From: a virus
Taxonomy: Duplodnaviria; Caudoviricetes
Length of the DNA: 58,895 nt
IMG/VR virus record: IMGVR_UViG_3300013006_000001
Location: 1 to 58,895 of that record
Reading direction: 5' to 3' (one strand)
In this document: piece after piece, positions 8,651 through 16,505 of the stretch
How the letters are laid out: each line of letters begins with the position of its first letter
How positions within the stretch are numbered: the stretch's first letter is position 1
Notes under the pieces: generated by a model
Databases searched by the model: none
What the model was told of the DNA's origin: nothing
The model's input: the letters and a program-made list of their open reading frames with translations, nothing else
Made by a program: the position numbers and the translations under genes

Positions 8651-9582
8651 ACAACTTTCCCGCCGGGAATCCAGATGGTTACGCCAGCGACTTGTTCGAT
8701 GGCTTGGTAGTTCACAAGGCGATGGGGATCAATCAGTCCCCACCCATACAAGGAATCCCTTCCTGCGTCACCTGCATCCACGCAGGTCTGCGACAGGGCT
8801 TTGGCAATGGCATTCCTGTCCGCCTTCTCGTCGCCACGTAGCGAGGAGACGTACAACGCCAGCACCCCAGCCACGAATGGTGCCGCCATGGAGGTGCCAC
8901 TGAGCGTGGCATACCCACCGTCGAGCCAGCATGAGGTGATCTCCTCGCCGGGGGCAGCGACCAGAATCTCTTTGCCCCTGCTGGAGAACTCACAAGCCTT
9001 GCCGTGTTTGTCCACAGCACCGACACCAATCGTCTCCATGAACGCAGCGGGATAGAGGACAGGCCCGCCGTCGTTGCCAGCAGCACACACCACAATCACA
9101 CCCTTGTCATAGGCGTACTTGATTGCGGCATGCAGTCGGTCTTCAGGCTTGGCTGTGCCCAGAGACATGCAGCAGATGTGGGCACCTGCATCAGCAGCAA
9201 AGCACACGGCTTCCGCCACAGCCTTCTGTGATCCCATGCCTGAATGGCCAAGCACTTTGAGGGAGAGGAGCTTGGCATCAGGCGCAATGCCGTGCATCCC
9301 TCCGTTGGCAGCAATCACACCGGCAACGTGAGTGCCGTGCCCAACCGTGTCTACCTCCACTGAGTCGGAGGAGAAGTTCCGGCGGTCGAGGACTGCATGC
9401 TTCAGGTCTGGGTGAGGAGCGACACCTGAGTCCACAATCGCCACGGTCACACCCAGCCCCTTGGTGCGTGACCAAAGGGCCGGGATGCCGTATGACGAAA
9501 CACCCCAGTCGATTACGCCAGTGCCGCTCTTGGGCAGGACGGCAAGCTCGACTCGGTATGGTGGCAGATGTACAAAGCTCAC
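8647..9582 (-). CDS. Subtilisin-like serine protease (S8)
   Basis: Complete triad motifs IVDSGV, GHGTHVAG, SGTSMAAP; AAGN oxyanion; no evident signal peptide or long prodomain. Confidence 0.96.
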   Translation of the reverse strand: MSFVHLPPYRVELAVLPKSGTGVIDWGVSSYGIPALWSRTKGLGVTVAIVDSGVAPHPDLKHAVLDRRNFSSDSVEVDTVGHGTHVAGVIAANGGMHGIAPDAKLLSLKVLGHSGMGSQKAVAEAVCFAADAGAHICCMSLGTAKPEDRLHAAIKYAYDKGVIVVCAAGNDGGPVLYPAAFMETIGVGAVDKHGKACEFSSRGKEILVAAPGEEITSCWLDGGYATLSGTSMAAPFVAGVLALYVSSLRGDEKADRNAIAKALSQTCVDAGDAGRDSLYGWGLIDPHRLVNYQAIEQVAGVTIWIPGGKVV

Positions 9583-9947
9583 TTGTCGTTCGCACTCTGG
9601 AGGGCTTGCAGGATAGAGATGATCAGCGGCAGCACCACGTTGATGATCACCTGCCAGTCAAAGCCAAGCGCACCGCACTCAGCACCGACAGACAGCAGGT
9701 TAATGTCGCTGGCGTATGCGGCCACGCAGGAGTCTTCGTCCTCGTCGCCGTACATCAATGCGGCAACAGGGGCGAGCGAGTGCTTCGTCTCGTCCTGCAG
9801 AACCGGGAGAACGACACGGGCAATCTTGTCAAGGATGGCCCACTGCTCAATTAGAGGGAGCGTGTCCTTGTACGTCTTGGCGATGGCAACTACCTGCGTG
9901 AGTTGGTCGCGGTGAGCGAGCAACCACCTGACTACTGCGTAATTCAT
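9579..9947 (-). CDS. Hypothetical protein with C-terminal hydrophobic helix
   Basis: First gene after late motif; WQVIINVVLPLIISILQAL. Confidence 0.7.
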   Translation of the reverse strand: MNYAVVRWLLAHRDQLTQVVAIAKTYKDTLPLIEQWAILDKIARVVLPVLQDETKHSLAPVAALMYGDEDEDSCVAAYASDINLLSVGAECGALGFDWQVIINVVLPLIISILQALQSANDK

Positions 9948-9982
9948 GTCTTGGGCCCTAGGGTTTAATTGTCGATTCCTTA

Positions 9983-9997
9983 TACAATCTAATGTCC
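9983..9997 (-). promoter_or_regulatory. Putative phage late promoter
   Basis: GGACATT-AGATT-GTA on - strand, heading the protease cassette. Confidence 0.6.
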
Positions 9998-10016
9998 TCC
10001 GGGCGGAGGCGGCAAT

Positions 10017-10361
10017 TCACCATTCCTGCAACCGGCAAGCCACCTGAATCCTGCCCAACTCTGCCCAGAAAGTAGGGTGGTGGTGTGGGTCTGGGCTGCT
10101 ATGGTCGTTCAGACTGAACGTGCGGGCGTGCGCCCATTCCTCGCACAGGGTATCAAGCATGCCATCCATCGTCTGGCTTGACCTGATCCAGATGACCCCC
10201 CGGAACTCCTCGTCATCAAAGAAGAAGTAGCCCAAGGCTTCCGGCATTTTGTCAGCCGGTCGAAGGAGTATCCTGACCGGGAACAGGAGCGAGAAGTTCT
10301 TGGTTGCAAAGCGTCTGAACTTGCGGACAAGCTGCCGCTGCGACCGCAAATCGTGGGACAT
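10017..10361 (-). CDS. SprT/zincin-like metalloprotein (variant motif)
   Basis: DTLCEEWAHAR (HExxH-like) plus downstream HHHPTFW. Confidence 0.5.
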   Translation of the reverse strand: MSHDLRSQRQLVRKFRRFATKNFSLLFPVRILLRPADKMPEALGYFFFDDEEFRGVIWIRSSQTMDGMLDTLCEEWAHARTFSLNDHSSPDPHHHPTFWAELGRIQVACRLQEW

Positions 10362-10644
10362 CTGACAGCCTCATAACGACAACCCAAGGCTGGTTGTTCC
10401 GGCGGTGAAGGACCACCGGAACCTGATCCTCGGCATCTTCTATGGCCTGCTTCAGCCACACATATAGATTGCCCTTCTCGGTTCGCTTGACCTCCAGATG
10501 GACGCCCTCGCAGCCGTGGACAATGTCCGGGCTTTCGCCACCGCCAGAGAACTGCTGTCCCCTGCGGCTGGGAACACCCATGACGGCTGACCATTCCTTG
10601 GACCCCTCCAGTTCCCCGCGAACGCCTTTCTGCCGTGAGTTCAT
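10252..10644 (-). CDS. Hjc-type (PD-(D/E)xK) Holliday junction resolvase
   Basis: NSRQKGVRGELE...SPDIV...HLEVKR. Confidence 0.8.
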   Translation of the reverse strand: MNSRQKGVRGELEGSKEWSAVMGVPSRRGQQFSGGGESPDIVHGCEGVHLEVKRTEKGNLYVWLKQAIEDAEDQVPVVLHRRNNQPWVVVMRLSDVPRFAVAAAACPQVQTLCNQELLAPVPGQDTPSTG

Positions 10645-10904
10645 TTGACCACCTGCGCCATCTCGGATACTAGCTTGGCTCCTCTACCAGAGAAGTCTCT
10701 GCATTCAATCTCTTGCAGTGTAGGAAATTGCTCGAGGATATACTGACATAGCTTAGTGCCGGACATTCTGTTCATGGCCTTCTCGTTCTTTGCTATCCAA
10801 GTTCCTGCTACGTTCCAGAACGCGAAGTCTCTGGCGTCCCCAAGGGTAGGCCAGTAGACGTAGATGTTGTAGGTCGTTGTCTTCCAGTGTCCAGAGGAGT
10901 TCAT
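10641..10904 (-). CDS. Hypothetical protein
   Basis: ATGA-coupled ORF in operon. Confidence 0.7.
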   Translation of the reverse strand: MNSSGHWKTTTYNIYVYWPTLGDARDFAFWNVAGTWIAKNEKAMNRMSGTKLCQYILEQFPTLQEIECRDFSGRGAKLVSEMAQVVK

Positions 10905-11272
10905 TCGGGGGCCTCCGCTCTAAGTAGGGACTTGATCACATCGTTCACATGCCATGGTTTTTCTTTGGCGGCGCATTGTTCCAGCAGGTAGTGCGTCAGC
11001 GTTTCGCCAGTCTGTATGTCCTGCAAGTCACCGACCAGCCTGCCATATGAATCCCTCAGCCAGTCGGCATTGATGAAGTACAAGCCATCCGGTTCCTGAT
11101 GAAGCTCCACCCAGTCCAGCACCAGCGTCCTGCATGCCTTGGTGCATTCGATACCTTCGAGCACCATGTGCTGAGATACCTCTTGGCCGATGTGAGGCAG
11201 CACCACCCTGATCATCAACGTGTCAGAGCGAGTAACGCGGATGACTCTCACAGTCGGCGGATAGACCTGCAT
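10901..11272 (-). CDS. Staphylococcal nuclease (thermonuclease)-like protein, possibly degenerate
   Basis: VIRVTRSDTL (cf. VxDGDT), LEGIEC, DSYGRLVG (cf. DKYGR). Confidence 0.65.
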   Translation of the reverse strand: MQVYPPTVRVIRVTRSDTLMIRVVLPHIGQEVSQHMVLEGIECTKACRTLVLDWVELHQEPDGLYFINADWLRDSYGRLVGDLQDIQTGETLTHYLLEQCAAKEKPWHVNDVIKSLLRAEAPE

Positions 11273-11652
11273 GTGTTCTGCTTTCGTTCGTCTAGGTAAT
11301 ACTGATCCGGTGGTTCAGGATCATAGCCAAGGTGCTTCTTGTTTTTGAGCACAGCCAAATACGCAGGGTCATAGTTGTCTGGGTCTGAGTCCTGCTTGGC
11401 CCACAGCAGTGTACGTTTGTTGATGTCGGGCGTCAATGCGTACACCTTGCCAGAGTGGAATACGCCGTGGCATCTGTCACAGAGGAGAAGGTAGTTCCTC
11501 TTGTCGTTTCCCTTGGAGCGGGAGAATCCTCCCATCATGTGGTGGACTTCCAATTCCCTGCCATACGCCATCTGTGGCCACCAGCAGACAGCGCACTGCC
11601 TTTGTCCTACCAGCCACAGGTTAAGCTCGCTTTTTTCTTTTGGTGTTTGCAT
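11248..11652 (-). CDS. HNH-type nuclease-like zinc-binding protein
   Basis: CAVC...EVHHM...NYLLLCDRCHGVFH. Confidence 0.7.
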   Translation of the reverse strand: MQTPKEKSELNLWLVGQRQCAVCWWPQMAYGRELEVHHMMGGFSRSKGNDKRNYLLLCDRCHGVFHSGKVYALTPDINKRTLLWAKQDSDPDNYDPAYLAVLKNKKHLGYDPEPPDQYYLDERKQNTCRSIRRL

Positions 11653-11977
11653 TGTGTGGCTTGCACTTTGTCAGGATGTACTTCTTCAGCATGTCGGCAC
11701 GCTTGGGGCACTCTTTGATGTTGCCCACCGATAAGTTGCACTGGCGGCACAGCACGCCTCTAACAACTCCAGTTCTCTTGCAGTGATCTATGTTGCGTGC
11801 TGACGAACTCTTGAAGATGCTTCCGCAACACTGACATCGCGTCTTTGCCAGCAACGCTTTGAGTTCCGACTCAGTGACGTTGTATCTGGTGAGCCGCGAA
11901 CTGATAGAGAAACATGGGCTGCAGCGTCCCCTAGACAGACGCCGGGTCACCGCGTTGCACCTCTTGCAATACTTCAA
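11621..11977 (-). CDS. Endonuclease VII-like protein
   Basis: CQCCG...NIDHCKRTGVVRGVLCRQCN. Confidence 0.85.
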   Translation of the reverse strand: MKYCKRCNAVTRRLSRGRCSPCFSISSRLTRYNVTESELKALLAKTRCQCCGSIFKSSSARNIDHCKRTGVVRGVLCRQCNLSVGNIKECPKRADMLKKYILTKCKPHNANTKRKKRA

Positions 11978-12494
11978 GGTGCTGGCTCTCAGAGATGCAG
12001 CAGGACGGCAGTCCTTTCCGCAGGCTGTCGGGGGACATCACCAAGCGGGGGCCGTGGCCAAAGTCGCGGGACTCTCCAGACCTAATGTCCTGCTGGCTGC
12101 ACCAGCCAAACATCTTTCCCTTCATCTGAGCGGCGTCAAAGACAACGAGTGCATAGAAGTCCTTCCATATCTTTGGAGGATCATTCTCTATGAGAAGAGG
12201 TCCGTATGGATTGGTGCTTGTCTTCACATCCAGAGTCAAGCCGCCGCACAGGAAGTCGCAGCCGCCATCGCCTTCAGCAAGGAGGCGGGTGTCAACGTCC
12301 ATCCCTGACTCAAGGGCAAACACAAGCTCGCCAGCAAGGCCAATGAGGTGGGTGTTGTGCTTGCACCACAGTCTGGTGGAAACATAATCCTGCTTCTGTC
12401 CAGACCGGGCATCAGCAAGGGCAGCAAGGGCATCGTAGTCGCCCTTCAAATCCCACCAGCCATCACCCAAGTAAACGGAATTCTCACCCAGCAT
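11931..12494 (-). CDS. PD-(D/E)xK-fold hypothetical protein
   Basis: GLAGELVF...DGGCDF...LDVKT; GGAGG SD. Confidence 0.6.
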   Translation of the reverse strand: MLGENSVYLGDGWWDLKGDYDALAALADARSGQKQDYVSTRLWCKHNTHLIGLAGELVFALESGMDVDTRLLAEGDGGCDFLCGGLTLDVKTSTNPYGPLLIENDPPKIWKDFYALVVFDAAQMKGKMFGWCSQQDIRSGESRDFGHGPRLVMSPDSLRKGLPSCCISESQHLEVLQEVQRGDPASV

Positions 12495-12504
12495 GTGACC
12501 TCCA

Positions 12505-12852
12505 TGTCAGCACTGAATCTACCCACCAACACGCTGAGTGAGCAACCCGTTCAAGCGGTGGTGAGCGAGAGGCAAAGACTCCGCGCTGTGGCGGGAGTCG
12601 ATGCTGTTCAAGCGGTGGAGCCGCGTATCAGCAAAGCCAGTGCATTGTTGTTCACGGGGTCCACATGGTCACATCCTTTGCCCCGGCAGAGCGCCCCTCG
12701 GGTACGCCAAGGCTGGAGTCTTATGAGCATGCCTTGCTATCTCTGCAGGTGCCGCGTCGTGCGGCACAGGTGCCCCCTCTTGTCTCACCGCATCAGCGGC
12801 ACGTTGGCGGGGGGCCGAACTTCAGACCATTTGGCAACAGGGCCTATGTCGA
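12505..12852 (-). ncRNA. Candidate structured non-coding RNA or long 5' leader (~350 nt)
   Basis: No - strand ORF of 60 aa or more in an otherwise gene-dense operon; own promoter; hairpins at 12749-12767 and 12577-12599; 13-bp direct repeat. Confidence 0.45.
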
Positions 12853-12858
12853 ATCAGT

Positions 12859-12886
12859 AGCCTACAGCGCCCGCTGTGGCTGTCAA
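12859..12886 (-). promoter_or_regulatory. sigma70-type promoter
   Basis: TTGACA, 16 nt, TAGGCT; shares TTGACAGCC and the 16-nt spacer with the promoter at 17402-17429. Confidence 0.6.
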
Positions 12887-13158
12887 GGCCAGCTTGGATA
12901 GAACACCACGCCACGGTCAGGAGCACCCTTGACCTCAATGGCGTTGGCCCGCTTGAAGCCCTCTGCAATGGCCTGAGCGACCTTCATCTCATCGACGCCA
13001 TACCGGTCGCCCCAGTTGTCCTTGACGAACACAGCAAGCTCACGGCGGTCCTGCTCCGACGCAGGGCCTTCCTCCTCCCGGCTCATCCACACTCGGATGG
13101 ACAGGTCCGCAACTTCGACTGAAACAATGTTCTCGTAAATCTTCATGGCTCTCCCCAT
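12883..13158 (-). CDS. Hypothetical protein
   Basis: ORF in replication operon; start probably 13146. Confidence 0.7.
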   Translation of the reverse strand: MGRAMKIYENIVSVEVADLSIRVWMSREEEGPASEQDRRELAVFVKDNWGDRYGVDEMKVAQAIAEGFKRANAIEVKGAPDRGVVFYPSWP

Positions 13159-13253
13159 ACGTTGGTAATCTTCAGCTTCAACTGCTCAATCTCTTTCCTC
13201 AGGCGTTCGTTCTCTTTCTTCAACTGTTCAATCAAGGTTTCTTGGGTAGGCAT
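13143..13253 (-). CDS. 36-aa coiled-coil peptide (not in ORF track)
   Basis: MPTQETLIEQLKKENERLRKEIEQLKLKITNVWGEP; ATGA overlap with next gene. Confidence 0.6.
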   Translation of the reverse strand: MPTQETLIEQLKKENERLRKEIEQLKLKITNVWGEP

Positions 13254-13758
13254 ACTTTGGAATCGCAGCTTCTGGAGACAGGAGGTGTTTGAACTTCGGG
13301 ATGCCAGAACGTGGGCACACACCCAGCCCTTCCAGAACCTGCTTGTTGAACGACGCCATCTCCAAGATCACGCGAGGCGGTGGGTCTTCGTTGTAGAACC
13401 ATGGCCGGAACGATTCGTTCAGCGGCTCTGCTTCTCTCAGGCGATAGGCATTGGAGCGAACGTCCTTAGCCCACTGCCTGTCCTCTCCAAACATCTCAGC
13501 GATGTCTGCGTTTGTGAAGGACTTGTCATTCATCACAACCAAGGCACATCTCTCCTTGCTTGGTGGCCGCTTGCACCGCAGAAGGAACGCCTTGGTGGCA
13601 ATGATCATTTCAATGTCAAGGCCCTTCGACCTCGCCACCTTCCAGCGGGACTCCCGGTTGATGATCAGCCGCCGCCACATCTCTGGGGCCATAGCCAAAG
13701 CATGCCGCAAGCCAGCGGCGGGCTCGTCCAAACAGAGTAAGCCTTGCATCAGAGTCAT
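13228..13758 (-). CDS. Hypothetical protein, possible HTH
   Basis: FTNADIAEMFGEDRQWAKDV HTH-like segment; start uncertain. Confidence 0.6.
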   Translation of the reverse strand: MTLMQGLLCLDEPAAGLRHALAMAPEMWRRLIINRESRWKVARSKGLDIEMIIATKAFLLRCKRPPSKERCALVVMNDKSFTNADIAEMFGEDRQWAKDVRSNAYRLREAEPLNESFRPWFYNEDPPPRVILEMASFNKQVLEGLGVCPRSGIPKFKHLLSPEAAIPKYAYPRNLD

Positions 13759-13861
13759 CCTTGACTGGCTCCTTGGTAAAAGTGGTTGGGAACGCATGGT
13801 CTACCTCAAACTGTTGGAGGATGTCCGACAGCACATCATCGGTTAAGTAGTCTTTGGTCAT
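13616..13861 (-). CDS. Hypothetical protein
   Basis: Overlaps helicase stop and downstream gene; GAGGG SD. Confidence 0.45.
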   Translation of the reverse strand: MTKDYLTDDVLSDILQQFEVDHAFPTTFTKEPVKDDSDARLTLFGRARRWLAACFGYGPRDVAAADHQPGVPLEGGEVEGP

Positions 13862-14867
13862 AGCGACGAGCCCTCTCCTTGTTGAATAGTTGTTTCACCC
13901 AAGGGGTTTTGACCTTGTCGCACCCCCAGTTAATGTAGCAGTCTGGAAGCTCAGACATCTTCATGTGGGCGTAGGCACCCTTCAGCGGGTTGCGGTACGT
14001 CCCCACCTTGGACTTGCCATTCTCCAGATCAAACTCCCTTCCGACAACCCGTCCGCGAGCCTGACCTTCCATGAGCTTCCGGCGGGCCTCAATCTCCTTG
14101 GCCAGCCGCATCTTCTCAATCTCCATCTGGGCCATGGCATCAAGGTCTGCCTGTGTCAGGGGCTCCTTGGCCTGCGCCACGCCCTTCTTCACCGCCACCC
14201 GGATGTCCTCGTCTGCCGTGAGGAACATGTCCACTGAGGTGATGAGCCTGTGATCCAAGGTCGCGTCTGTGCAGTCCACAATCTTGAACCGCGTCTTGCC
14301 ACTGGCAGCGATGGCAGCGATGCGGGACTCAGCCGTTGACCCCGGGAAGTCTACAGTCCCGGGAAGGGGCCTTGTAGCCCTCCCGACGCACTGCAGCCAG
14401 AAGGACCTTGACCGCGTGGGACGCCCTAGGATCAGCGTCTGGGTGGGCGGATGGTCAAATCCTACCGCCACCACCTGACAGTTGACGAGGACCTGCGCCT
14501 CCCCCGACTTAAAGGAGTGCAGCGCAAGGTTGCGTTCCTCGTCTGGCATGGTGCCGTAGACGAACACAGCCTTGATGCCGTAGTTGTTGTTGAGATAATG
14601 GCAGACCCCCTTGGCCGACGCCACAGATGAACAGAACACCACGGTCTGCCCCTCCATCTCCTCCTTGGTGATCAGCGCAATCCGGTGCAGGTTGGCTTCC
14701 TTCTCCACGGCAGCGTTCAGTTGCTGCTGGTTGAAGTCACCGCCCGACATCCTGACGCCTGACAGGTCCAAGCCCTCGACCTTGGAGATAACGCACACCG
14801 GTGGCACAGACCACCCGTTGTCGATAGCCCACTGCATATCATGGTTAACCGTCGCAATCTCGTACAT
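13836..14867 (-). CDS. SF2 DEAD/DEAH-type helicase, C-terminal half (RecA2 domain)
   Basis: Motif IV VVFCSSV, V VGFDHP, VI QCVGRATR; GAGGAGGAGG SD before ATG 14867. Confidence 0.88.
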   Translation of the reverse strand: MYEIATVNHDMQWAIDNGWSVPPVCVISKVEGLDLSGVRMSGGDFNQQQLNAAVEKEANLHRIALITKEEMEGQTVVFCSSVASAKGVCHYLNNNYGIKAVFVYGTMPDEERNLALHSFKSGEAQVLVNCQVVAVGFDHPPTQTLILGRPTRSRSFWLQCVGRATRPLPGTVDFPGSTAESRIAAIAASGKTRFKIVDCTDATLDHRLITSVDMFLTADEDIRVAVKKGVAQAKEPLTQADLDAMAQMEIEKMRLAKEIEARRKLMEGQARGRVVGREFDLENGKSKVGTYRNPLKGAYAHMKMSELPDCYINWGCDKVKTPWVKQLFNKERARRYDQRLLNR

Positions 14868-15378
14868 CGTCGCCCTCCTCCTCTGTTGATCCAACCATTG
14901 CCCGACCGTCCATCCTGAACGGCGTGGCAGTAAACCCAGCCACCATGGCACCACGGTCCTGAAACCACTTCAGCATCCGCCTCACTGGCTCAGACATCAT
15001 CATGTGGGCCTCATCCACAATCACCAGCCTGATCTCCTCAAACCGCTCATACCTAGGCGAACCTCCCCGCCTAGACAGGAGCGTCTGCTTTGACGCCACC
15101 ACAATCTTCGCTGGCCACATCTCATCGGCAGAGTAGTCTGCCATCTCAATGTCGGCATCGCTGTCTGTGATGGCCTTGACCTTGTCGCAAGCCTGCCACA
15201 CCAGTTCCCGCAGCGGACAGATGATGAGCGTCCTGCCATCAATCTGGTCAGCCAGAGCAACGAACATGACCGTCTTGCCCGCACCCGTGAAGACGCCGTT
15301 CAAGACAGCCTTGCGCCCCTCGCGCATGGCTGCAAGATTGGCGTCCACAATCTCTTTCTGATAGTCACGTAGAATCAT
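14845..15378 (-). CDS. SF2 DEAD/DEAH-type helicase, N-terminal half (RecA1 domain)
   Basis: LRDYQ (Q), TGAGKT (Walker A), IVDEAH (II), TATP (III); stops shortly after motif III. Confidence 0.9.
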   Translation of the reverse strand: MILRDYQKEIVDANLAAMREGRKAVLNGVFTGAGKTVMFVALADQIDGRTLIICPLRELVWQACDKVKAITDSDADIEMADYSADEMWPAKIVVASKQTLLSRRGGSPRYERFEEIRLVIVDEAHMMMSEPVRRMLKWFQDRGAMVAGFTATPFRMDGRAMVGSTEEEGDDVRDCDG

Positions 15379-15392
15379 CTGAACCTCCTTTG

Positions 15393-15451
15393 AAAAAAGG
15401 CACCCGGGGAGGGCAGGGGAGGAGGAGGAAAACCCCACCCCCCCCGGGGCC
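15393..15451 (-). terminator. Intrinsic terminator-like hairpin after ssb
   Basis: Long GC stem (ggccccgggg...ccccgggtgcc) followed by U6 on - strand. Confidence 0.7.
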
Positions 15452-15465
15452 GCGCGCAATCCAAA

Positions 15466-15810
15466 CTATGCCCAGTCCGCTGCCATGTCTTCCTTCTTGG
15501 CAGTTGCACCCTGTGGCTTACCGCCAACGAGAGTGATGTTGTCAACACGAATCACAGTGGCCGTCCGCTTCTGGCCGTCCTTCTCCCACTCCTGATTGTC
15601 CAGCGTCCCCTCAACGAGGACCTGAGTGCCCTTGGCCAAGTAGGCAACGACCTTGCCACCCCGCCAATACTCGCAACTGAACCAGTGCGTCTTGTCCTTG
15701 AAGGGATCAGACACAGCCAGACGGAACTTGACCACTTCCTTCTCTCCGACCTTGCGAATCTCAGGGTCACTGCCCAGATTGCCCAAGGCCACGTAGCGTT
15801 GAAAACTCAT
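15466..15810 (-). CDS. ssb: Single-stranded DNA-binding protein
   Basis: GNLGSDPEIR, KFRLAV, YLAKGTQVLVEGTL, WEKDGQKR. Confidence 0.93.
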   Translation of the reverse strand: MSFQRYVALGNLGSDPEIRKVGEKEVVKFRLAVSDPFKDKTHWFSCEYWRGGKVVAYLAKGTQVLVEGTLDNQEWEKDGQKRTATVIRVDNITLVGGKPQGATAKKEDMAADWA

Positions 15811-16505
15811 TGCTTCTCCTCCCACTTGGTGACGAACTCCTCCTTGCACCGCTCATACACAGAGCGGGACACCGCCTTCTCCCTTGCTCGGAGTTCAACA
15901 ATGGCAAGGGCCTTCTTTGCTGCCGCTGCGTCAGGGGCCTCGGCAATCTTCTTCAACATGTTTGACAGGTACACAAGATCAGGAGCCACGCTCCTGACTG
16001 GCTCTTCGTGCCGCTGCGGCGCTGGGGCATAGTCCCCTACTTCGCCGTCGTTGTCAACCTCCCCCACCCAAGCACCGGTCAGAGACAGCAGAAGCTGTCG
16101 CTTGCCGTAGGTGATTGCAGAACCAAAAGCCTGCATGCCAGCAGGGATGGTTACCTGCTTGCCGCCGACGTTGCGGTTCTGGTCGTGCATGATCAGCGGG
16201 ACACTGCCGCAAATCCATTCCCCGCTGACATGGCGAAGGAACCCCATCAGAATCCACGCTCTGGTGCCGTCAGGCAGCATGGAGTAGCAGGGCTGGAACT
16301 GTGGCAGGGCAAACCCATTGGCCGTCAGCGGTCCAACCAGAGCCTCACAGCAGCCCTTGTACGTCGCGTACTTGCTGTTGAGGTGGCTGTTGGCAGTGTC
16401 GGTCGCAATGGTCGGGAAGACCTTCTGCGCCGCTGCCAGACCCTTGACCAACGCATTCGTCTCGGGCGATGTGGTCGCCCCAAAAAAATCATTGAACGTC
16501 TTCAT
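15807..16505 (-). CDS. erf: ERF-family single-strand annealing protein
   Basis: NSHLNSKYAT...HVSGEW...QAFGSAITYGKRQLL...DNDG. Confidence 0.85.
   Translation of the reverse strand: MKTFNDFFGATTSPETNALVKGLAAAQKVFPTIATDTANSHLNSKYATYKGCCEALVGPLTANGFALPQFQPCYSMLPDGTRAWILMGFLRHVSGEWICGSVPLIMHDQNRNVGGKQVTIPAGMQAFGSAITYGKRQLLLSLTGAWVGEVDNDGEVGDYAPAPQRHEEPVRSVAPDLVYLSNMLKKIAEAPDAAAAKKALAIVELRAREKAVSRSVYERCKEEFVTKWEEKQ

Noticed and set aside
12495-12860. tmRNA (GATTCGAC near 5' end, TCGACTCCCGCC, NNALAL-like reading)
   Set aside because: No acceptor stem, no paired T-arm, no CCA end and no terminated tag ORF.
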